In this document: one piece after another, positions 55,056-64,000 of the stretch
Layout: the number at the start of each line of letters is the position of its first letter
How positions within the stretch are numbered: the stretch's first letter is position 1
Source: the human T2T-CHM13v2.0 reference genome, Homo sapiens
Direction: 5' to 3' (one strand)
Length of the DNA: 64,000 nucleotides
Assembly: GCF_009914755.1 (NCBI RefSeq)
Contig: NC_060936.1
Program-made: the position numbers and the translations under genes
The notes under the pieces: generated by a model
Told to the model about the DNA's origin: nothing
The model's input: only the letters and a program-made list of their open reading frames with translations
Database searches by the model: none

Positions 55056-57364
55056 CAGAAGCTCTCTGATTTATAGTGAGGTTATATCACAATAAACCCA
55101 ACGTAAGTTGAAAATATCATGAAGTGAAAAGGCATTTAATACACCTAACCCTACCAAACATCATAGTCTACCTCAAATGTGTTCGGAATACTTAACATTA
55201 GCCTACAGTTGGGCAAATTCATCTAATACAAAGCCTATTTTATAATAAAGTGTTGACTATTTCATATAACTTATCAAATGCTGAAAGTGAAAAAACAGAA
55301 TGGTTATATGAGTATTTACCGTTAATGTACACAGCTGAAAGCACACTGGGCCTGAAGAATGAAGCATTGAACCAAGATTAATTGCTAAATGATGGGGATG
55401 CTACAGCAACAGGGTCATCAATTTCTTTCTCTTCCAATGAGGCTTGAGACTAGCTGGAGGAAGTCACTGGGGCATCAGCATGTTTACAGTTTAGCAGGCA
55501 TAGTGTTCTTCAGGAAGATATCAAGTTTTGATTGTATAGCTCGCTTCTTCTTTTCATTGCATGTGTATTTCTCTATAGGAGGAAAGAATATCCTGTATCT
55601 GCCTGTCAGCTCTTGAGAGTCTCTTGGAATTGATAACCATCTCTTCTAACGTCCATATGCCGCTACCAACAGTAGCAAACACCTACACCGGTTTCTTTGC
55701 TGTGAACTTTCTTGGTGCCTTGGATATAACTTCTTCCTCTGCCTCAACTTCTTTACTTCTTTCTTCCTCCAGTTCAATCAGTCCCTCAGCCCCAATGCCA
55801 ACAAACTCATGAATATCCTCTTCATCAATGTCCAATTCTAGCTACTTCCCAAGCACTAAAATCTTGTTCCTTACCATTTCATCAACAGCAGAATCTTTGT
55901 TAAAGCCTTTGAATGTGTTCACACGTCTTCAAAATTTTCTTCCAAATGCCATTGGTGCATTGCTGTGCGACATCCTCCCTTGTTGCAACAATGTTCCAGA
56001 TAGCATTTAGAATGTTAAAATCTTTCCAAAACTATCCGTGTTTGGCCAGATTTAGTCACTTCAGCAGCCTGTGCAAACATTTGGTGTAGATAGTATGCTC
56101 TGAATACAGTATTGTGATTTTGTCCATTGGTTGAATGAGTGAAGTCATGTTAGACAGCAGTTAACTTTTTGTTACATCAGGATGCATATCACCAATATGC
56201 TGTGCATTGTCTAAGATCAGAAGAATCTTGAATGGGATATTGTTTTGCCTACAGTATTCTCTTGCCTATGGAATTAAACAGTTCAAAAACCAGTCTTCAA
56301 GCAATGCTAACATCATCCAGGCTTTCTTGTTATGGTAATAATAAATAGGAAGAATATACTTACATTCTTGAATGCTCTAGGGCTCTGAGAATGGTAGATT
56401 AGTAAAGGCTTTAATTTGACCCTACAACATTTCCAACCGAAAGCATCATTGCATTGCATGGTCTTTGAATGCCTCGAATCTTGGCATTGTCTTGGGCTGT
56501 TGATGAATGTATATATGCCCTGGCATACGCTTCCAGAACAAGCTTGTTTTATTGACACCAAATATTTGTTCTGGCAAATATTTCTTATCAAGTATCCTAT
56601 GCAACTCTTCCTTAAAAACTTCGGTACCTTCATTATTGGCATCTGCTTCCTCGCCACGGACCTTCACATTATGAAAATTCTGATACCTTTTACCTTGACT
56701 TGCTGTCAACATTTGCAGGTAGACATGCTCTTTTAATGTATTGAAAAGATTTATTGACTTAACCTGGATCGGCAGTAGGCTAAGTGGTATTTGCTTCTGT
56801 ATCTTGTCTTCTATCCGCATGACAAGTGATTTTTCCATATCATTAACTGACCCAGGTTTTTAATGGTGGTAACAGTGCATTTAACTGATGCTGATGATTT
56901 CACTGCATCACGGATTCACTTCTTATCCTTTAAGGTGGTTGAGATTGTGGATTGTGAAAGTCCTAACTCACATGCAGTAGCCATTATTGGCTTGCCACCT
57001 TGTTGAGCAATTATTTTGAGTTCTCAAGAGTAATTGCCTTCCACTTCTCACCAGACACAGGAGACAGACTGGCCTATTTTAGACATGATGGGATGCAAAA
57101 ACATAAAACACAATATCCAAACAATGCTGGAAACTCAGTATACTGTGGAATATCAGTTGTTTACCCTCATGATTGTGTGGCTGATTGGGAACTGTGGATC
57201 ACTGCAACTGGCCAGAATCATGAGTATCATACTACATAACATCATCCCAGGAAAACATCAAAAATGATATTTAAAGTAAGATTTCTACTGAATGTGTATC
57301 ACTTTTGCACCATTATAAAGTTGAAAAATAGTAAATTGAACCACTGTAAATTGGGGGCTGCCTG
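55056..57364 (-). mobile_element. Near-full-length Tigger5-type (MER47 parent) TcMar-Tigger DNA transposon
   Basis: Both ends match MER47A-type termini (CAGaagctctctgatttat..ataaacccaacgtaagttgaaaatatc and ..gaaccactgtaaattgggggctgcCTG). TA TSDs at 55054-55055 and 57365-57366. Transposase lies on the minus strand. Confidence 0.88.
55450..57050 (-). pseudogene. Disrupted pogo/Tigger transposase (HTH-psq, CENP-B HTH, DDE_1)
   Basis: GGKPIMATACELGLSQSTISTTLKDKK (~56920-57000); ORF 56446-56838 ..YLPEQIFGVNKTSLFWKRMP..; ILLILDNAQH (56197-56226); NMTSLIQPMD (~56120-56150). Frameshifts present. Confidence 0.85.
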
Positions 57365-57754
57365 TATTCTAATCTATAATGACAATGTAGTATCTGGGTA
57401 AACTAATAGTATTTCATTTAATTATCATGCAGTCAGCCCTGTCGTTGGCAACATTAAACAGAAAAATTTTGTGTTACCTTACAAAAAGAAGCATTATGCA
57501 TTGGCTTAGTAAGTTCTCCAGACATGATTAATGTATTCAAAGCTTTTTAAATGTTATTTTGAGTTGTCATTCAGTTTGTGATATAAAGGTTCTTGTTGAA
57601 TTTTATTCTGGTTAAAAGCCATTTTTCTCATGAAAGATAAGTGTGAAATGGTCAATGGCTTCATGTCCCCTCATTGCATGATCTCATATTACCCTGAGGT
57701 TCAGGTAATGTTTAATTTAGTTACAAAATGATTTAGAAAATGTAAAGCATTTAA

Positions 57755-57930
57755 GCAAACATATTTAAAATTATAGACCTCTAAGGAACCTACAGAACAC
57801 CTCATCCAAACCTGCATTTCAGAAACCAAAAAATGGAGGAATAGGAAGAAAAAGTGTTTGGTTCGAGGTAGTTTACCACTGGCAAACTTCTGTTATTTCT
57901 ATTAAATTCTGATGCTTTATCTTCATGGGC
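57755..57930 (-). mobile_element. MIR3 fragment
   Basis: 'aaattatagacctctaaggaacctacagaacacctcatccaaacctgcatttcaga'. Confidence 0.5.
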
Positions 57931-59154
57931 TACTTCTCTTTCAGATAAATAAGATTATGTAACTTTACATGTATTCTTAACCTTGACTTAGTCATATTTG
58001 TATCTTTTCTATTTAATGTATTTATTTTTTTTTTCAGTGAATTGGCTTGTGTGTTTTTTCCATGATCTTATAACAACAAGGAATGTTTTAAGGAAGGAAA
58101 CGTAAAATAGTGATAATTATTTGGAAGAAGAGCCAACACTTGATATACACCAGTTGATGGTAGTTAACCACACTGGGCTATGCTTTATGCCTCCCCCAGT
58201 AACCATTTCCTTAGAACATCCTCTGTTCTTCCCTAAAATACAGTACACTAATTCAATGATAATAAAGTATTGTTTTTGTATACATTATTAAATTTACCCT
58301 AATATTTCATTTATACAAAACTGAGGTTTTTCACTTTCCTTAGTAGCTATTGAATAGAAATACAAACTCTTTCCCTTCCATTGATATATTTAAATATAGA
58401 TGTCTGTATAATCTTCTATTTTATATGCAGCCCTTCTTTATAGAAACAGTATGGTAAATTCAGGGTAGATAAAGTGTTGTATGTTTGATAACCAAAGAAG
58501 TCATGTAATGGGGAAATGGGTAATATATTAGTTGTTCTTACCTTACTCAAATAAAATTGAGCCTATATTTCTTTCTGCAATGCCTGACAATTTTCCTCAC
58601 AATGTTGATAGATAGGAACTTAGTTTATTTTTGTTAGAAAAAGTTATTTCTCTAAGTAACGTGGTTTATGGGAAAATTGTGACAGAGCAATAAAAAAACT
58701 AGAGAATGTTAAAATTGCTGCTTGTCGTATACTATGACAAACAATAAAATCCTACAATAATGTTTATCTTATTCTTATCACTAAATCTAGTGAGGTCTTA
58801 TTTTTGGCATTTTTTGTTTGGTTATTTAGGATTTTTTTGAAATGTATTTTTTCATTTTAAAGAAAGGTATATGTAACATAGTGCCTGCCATTTGAATACT
58901 ATTGGCTTGGGCTTCCTCATCCATGAAATTAGTGAGTTGATATTTAGATATTTCTAAGGTTACTTCCAGTTCTAAAAGTCAGTTTCCATTATTTACTTCT
59001 CCCACATGATACAGTTCTTCTCTGTTGAAATGAATATATTTGTATGTGTTCATTCAAAAGTCCTATTCACATTGTAGTGATTTATTCATTCAAATTTTAG
59101 GAAGTGCATTCTGCATGCCTGACATGTTACATGTACTGTAGAACTAGTGTGAGT

Positions 59155-59680
59155 CAAGCATTGGTAAACTGGTTTACTGGCTAAATGCAGCCTGCTACCT
59201 ATTTTTGCAAATAAAGATTTTTTTTTTTTTTTTGAGACAGAGTCTCGCTCTGTTCCCAGGCTGGAGTGCAGTGAGTGGCGTAATCTTGGCTCACTGCAAC
59301 CTCCGCCTCCCACGTTCAAGCAATCTTCCTGCCTCAGCCTCTTGAATAGTTGGGACTACAGGTGCGTGTCACCATGCTCAGCTAATTTTTTGTATTTTTA
59401 GTACAGACGTGGTTTTCACCAGGTTTGCCAGGATGGTCTTGATCTCTTGACCTTGTGATCAACCTGCCTTGGCCTCCCAAAGTGCTGGGATTACAGGCGT
59501 GAGCCACCGCGCCCAGCCGCAAATAAAGATTTTTAAAACATAGCTACATCCTTTTGGTTGACTATGTCTGTGGCTGCTTTCACACCACAACACAGAGTTG
59601 ACTAATTGTGAGAGAATGTATTGCCCAGAAAACCTAAAATATTTACTTTCTGGTCCTTTACAGAAAAAGCTTGCAAAACA
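59155..59680 (+). mobile_element. MER58A (hAT-Charlie), split by AluSc
   Basis: 'ggctaaatgcagcctgctacctatttttgcaaataaag'...'tgtggctgctttcacaccacaac..gagttg...aaacctaaaatatttactttctggtcctttacagaaaaag'. Confidence 0.88.
59218..59518 (-). mobile_element. AluSc
   Basis: 'gccaggatggtcttgatctcttgaccttgtgatc'; TSD gcaaataaagattttt. Confidence 0.95.
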
Positions 59681-59758
59681 AAAATGTATTTTATTGAGAC
59701 TGTTAGAGATTTTTATTGATTGCACTATAATAAGGATTTCTGTTGTTGGTGTTCTTGG

Positions 59759-59760
<2 letters not shown>

Positions 59761-59790
<30 letters not shown>
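59761..59790. repeat. (GT)15 microsatellite
   Basis: Perfect GT x15. Confidence 0.97.
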
Positions 59791-59793
<3 letters not shown>

Positions 59794-60287
59794 GGGTCTT
59801 AAAAGTGCATCTTTGCTTTGTTCATTTTTCAATCTGTTATTCTCTCTCATACTAGCATTTCAATTGATTTTACTTTAAGTAAATAACCAGTAGCTGTTTG
59901 TATTAGTCACGGTTCTTCAGAAAAACAGAACAAATAGGTTAGAGATACATGTAAGAGAAAATTTATTATGGGAATTGGCTCACACTATTATGGTGACTGA
60001 GAGGTCCCACAATCTGCCATCTGCAGTCTAGGGAACAAGGAAAGCCAGTGGTGTAATTTAGTCTGAGCTTAAAGGCTTGAGAATCTCAGAGGCCCCACTG
60101 GTACAAACCCTGGAGTCTGAAGACACGAGAACCAGGAATTCTAGTGTCCAAGGTCAAGAGAAGATGGATGTTCCAGCTCAAGGAGAGAGAGAGAATTTGC
60201 CTTTCTTCCATCTTTTGTTCTATTCAGGCCCCCAACTGATTGGATGATCCGCACCCATAGTGGTGAGGGAGAATCTTCTTTACTCAG

Positions 60288-60676
60288 TGTCTATCTGAGA
60301 TTCTGCAACAAAATACCATGAACTTGGTGGCATATAAACAATGGAAATCTATTTTTCATGGTTCTGGAAGCTGAAAATTCCAAGATCAAGATGCTGGCAG
60401 ATTTGGTGTCCGGTGAGGGCCCACTGCTTAGTTCATAGAATGGCACCTTCTTGCTGTGTCCTCACATGTTGGAAGGGATTGAAGAAGCTCCCTTGTACCT
60501 GTATAAGGGCACTAATCTCATTATGAAGGCCTCGCTCTCATGACCTAATCACCTCCTGAAAAACCCCACTTCTTAACACAGTCACCTTGGGGGTTAGGAT
60601 CTCATCACATCTTTTTTTTATTTTTTATTTTTATTTATTTTTATTTGTGGGGGTGACGAACATTCAGACTGTGGTG
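60288..60676 (-). mobile_element. MLT1A0 solo LTR nested in MLT2
   Basis: MLT1A motifs; perfect 5-bp TSD ctcag (60283-60287 / 60677-60681). Confidence 0.88.
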
Positions 60677-60721
60677 CTCAGTATACTGACTCAAATAATA
60701 TTGTCTTTAAGATGACACAGA

Positions 60722-61074
<353 letters not shown>

Positions 61075-61309
61075 CTATCTGGACATCCTTCAGACTAGTC
61101 AAGTTGTTACATAAAATTAACCACCCCACTTCACTTAAAATTATCAAGCCAGTAATGTATCTGTTTCAATTGTCTTGCTATTTAAGATGATTGTAAAAGA
61201 TCTTAAATAAAACTTGTAATTTTGTCTATAAAACACTGTCAGTGAATTAAAGATTCATTTCCAAGTTCTCTGAAACCCTTATATGTTGCACTAGAATATT
61301 TTTCTGTGA

Positions 61310-61671
<362 letters not shown>

Positions 61672-63981
61672 TGATATTTATAGTGCTTTTGATAGATTGA
61701 AAGCAAATCCTGTTTGATAAGAAGAATGTATTTGGACTGCTCTTTTCAGTCTAAAGTAGACTTTTCATTTAAGAGCCATTGCCAATTTTCCCCTTGCTTT
61801 TGTTCTTCCACAGAATGTGTGGCGGGGAGGGGGAGGAGAGATGGAGATAAAATGAGGAAGTTGCAGGAACTCCAATAACACTCTGCGGCACATGATGAAA
61901 GAGACTTGCTTAAGTTAACATTTAGGTCTTACAGTTGCTTAAGCTTCACGGTTCCCTTCACCTTCTCAGGAAATTAGACTTAATACACTTTTTACAGTTG
62001 ACTCTATTATATCAGAGGATGATTAATGAGGATGACATTTACCCTGATTGTTGTGCTCTTCAAAAACATATTCTCCACGAAGAGCTCGCATTTCTAGGCT
62101 CCAGATGGAGATGACATTCTTTGGGGGGAAGAAATATAGTTGCACTCTGTTTTGCTAACCACATTTTCAGGTACCAATTTCTATCATGGTACTTCTTGTC
62201 AGACTCATCAGAAGAGCTATACTTTCTTGGAAGTACAGCACTCATCAGTTTCTGAGCATTAAATTACATAACTCCTTCCCTTTTTAAAAAGTTCATTGAA
62301 GATGCTAAATTCTATCTTAAATTAAACTGAATTTTTTGAAAAATTCCAGGAAACTTTTGCTGGAGAAACTTTAAAGGCTTCAATTGTGACTTACAATGAT
62401 AATTCAGGACATAAATATCTAAGAGCAGGATTTATTTCCCACAAATTACCTTTCACGTCACACAAACAGGGGGACTAACTAGCTGTTCTGATCTTATAGC
62501 AACTCCAACATCCTTGTCACTTGGAAATGGCTTTCAGCCATAGTTGTCAATTGACATCAGACATCTAAAACTTTAGATTTTTTCTGGAGTTACTGGAAGC
62601 TAGAAATTGGTGTTACTCTCCTTGTATGTCATTTTATAGGCACATAAGGCAACATTGATTCTGTATCAGATGCAAGGTAGTCTAGTAAAGGAGGAACTTG
62701 TGTAAATTTCTCCCCACAACAAACAGATACACTGGTTTTGGGGTCTGGACTAGAATATTTCTTAACTAATGCATTATTAAGTGAGTTCCTCATACATACC
62801 AGCATGATATTTATTCTTATGGAGCTCAGAGTTCAACTGAGCTTCAGAGGCCTGGGCTGTGCCTCAGGTCTGGGCATAACAGATCCACAGGACTGATTTG
62901 AGGACACCAGATAATGACATCCAACGTGACATAAAATATACTTTTGAGGAAGCAAATGTGAAAATGAAATTTGAGGCAGATAGTTCAAATAAGGCATCTT
63001 TCCAAAGGGATGAGGTTGAGAGGCAGAGTCTAGATATGAGGCTATAGGATATACCAGAGCTTCCAGCCAAACCTGAGAGCTTTTGGATTGGACCATGGAA
63101 TGGAAGGAACTGGGAGAAGGCCCAGGAGGGAGCTGTTAGAAACACTGAGATGCCCAGGCAGCGCTTACCTTATTAATGCAGAATAATCCAGGGGAAGAGC
63201 CTCCAAAATAAAGAATAGCCTCAATCATAGAAAACTTTAAGAAAATTGTTTTGGTACTTTAAAGTAAATCATTACTGTACTATCTTAATTTAGAACACCA
63301 AAGTAATGTCCAATAGTGACACCTTAAAAATGGTCTTAATGAATAGATGCCATGGACTGTAATTAAATGTAATATGTTTTCATATTTGTTATTACTTCTA
63401 ATGTATTTAAAAATTTTCTTTGCTCACTTAGGTACAGCATTTTTCTTGCAATGATATTTGCACTATTACTTAGTTAAGTCTTTTCGTATGCATTGTGAAA
63501 AATCAACTTTCTTTTAATGCTACAACTACAGGATCACAAATCTCAGGTTATCAGAGTTCCAAATGAGCTTTGAAACATCTCCATGTCACTCTACGCTAGG
63601 AGAAATAACCTTTTCTTTTCCATTCTATTCATTGTTAGTTACCACTAGGACCTTATTTCATTGCAATGAAAACTTAACAGTCAGCAAAAACTTATATATC
63701 ACAACAAATTTAGGAAGATCCTACTCTAAGTCTGTTGAGAATATAAAGGGATTGAAAGAGAAAACTTGTCTCTTAAGATGATAAGTGTATTTCTTCAAAT
63801 GTATTTCCATATTTTAATGTTTCTAGAATATGATTGAGTCTTTCATTATAAAATAATTTTGCCCGACATAGTTAAAATTTGTTTTATCCTTTAAACTTGT
63901 CATTTAATTGATAATATGCCTTGTAATTGATGGTATTTGGGAAATAAGAAAACATTGCTTTTAAGATTTTTAACATTCCCA

Positions 63982-64000
63982 GGCCGGGCGCGGTGGCTCA
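63982..64000 (+). mobile_element. Alu 5' end (cut by window edge)
   Basis: ggccgggcgcggtggctca. Confidence 0.9.

Noticed and set aside
56313-56838. Longest ORFs (114-130 aa) as a TIGD-like domesticated gene
   Set aside because: They lie inside a TIR/TSD-bounded Tigger with frameshifts and a degenerate catalytic motif.
62060-62260. Exon after ttttcag at 62170, or the 61-aa minus-strand ORF
   Set aside because: All plus frames stop within ~120 nt, no good donor is visible, and the peptides are unrecognised.
62830-63150. Purine-rich ~56-codon open frame (TDLRTPDNDIQRDIKY..)
   Set aside because: It has no start or splice support, and its 3' part resembles a decayed antisense L2.

Overview
This is AT-rich primate (most likely human) non-coding genomic DNA, either deep in an intron or intergenic. 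I found no recognisable protein-coding exon, RNA gene or CpG island. The ORFs in the track are Alu, L1 or transposase remnants, or look like chance short ORFs. The window is dominated by transposon fossils. There are about 22 Alu copies or fragments (J, S, Y, FLAM) and several L1s, including a 5'-truncated L1PA5/6 and a twin-primed L1MA. L2 and MIR fragments are scattered throughout. The DNA transposons are a truncated Tigger1, a near-full-length Tigger5-type element with both TIRs, and hAT elements (MER5, MER20, MER58A, MER63A, a Charlie-like fossil). The ERV remnants are an ERVL pol/dUTPase with an LTR16-like LTR, MLT1/MLT2, MER4 and MER66-like LTRs, and a well-preserved HERV-E LTR2 solo LTR. 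The most unusual structure seen directly is a ~240-bp multi-template insertion at 19326-19566. It is stitched from a neighbouring Alu, a foldback hairpin, the break flank and a downstream L1 segment, consistent with a fossil polymerase-theta/MMBIR repair scar. An L1PA has also inserted into a 16-bp inverted repeat. I found no convincing novel biological system. Repeat subfamily names come from recalled consensus sequences and need RepeatMasker/Dfam confirmation.
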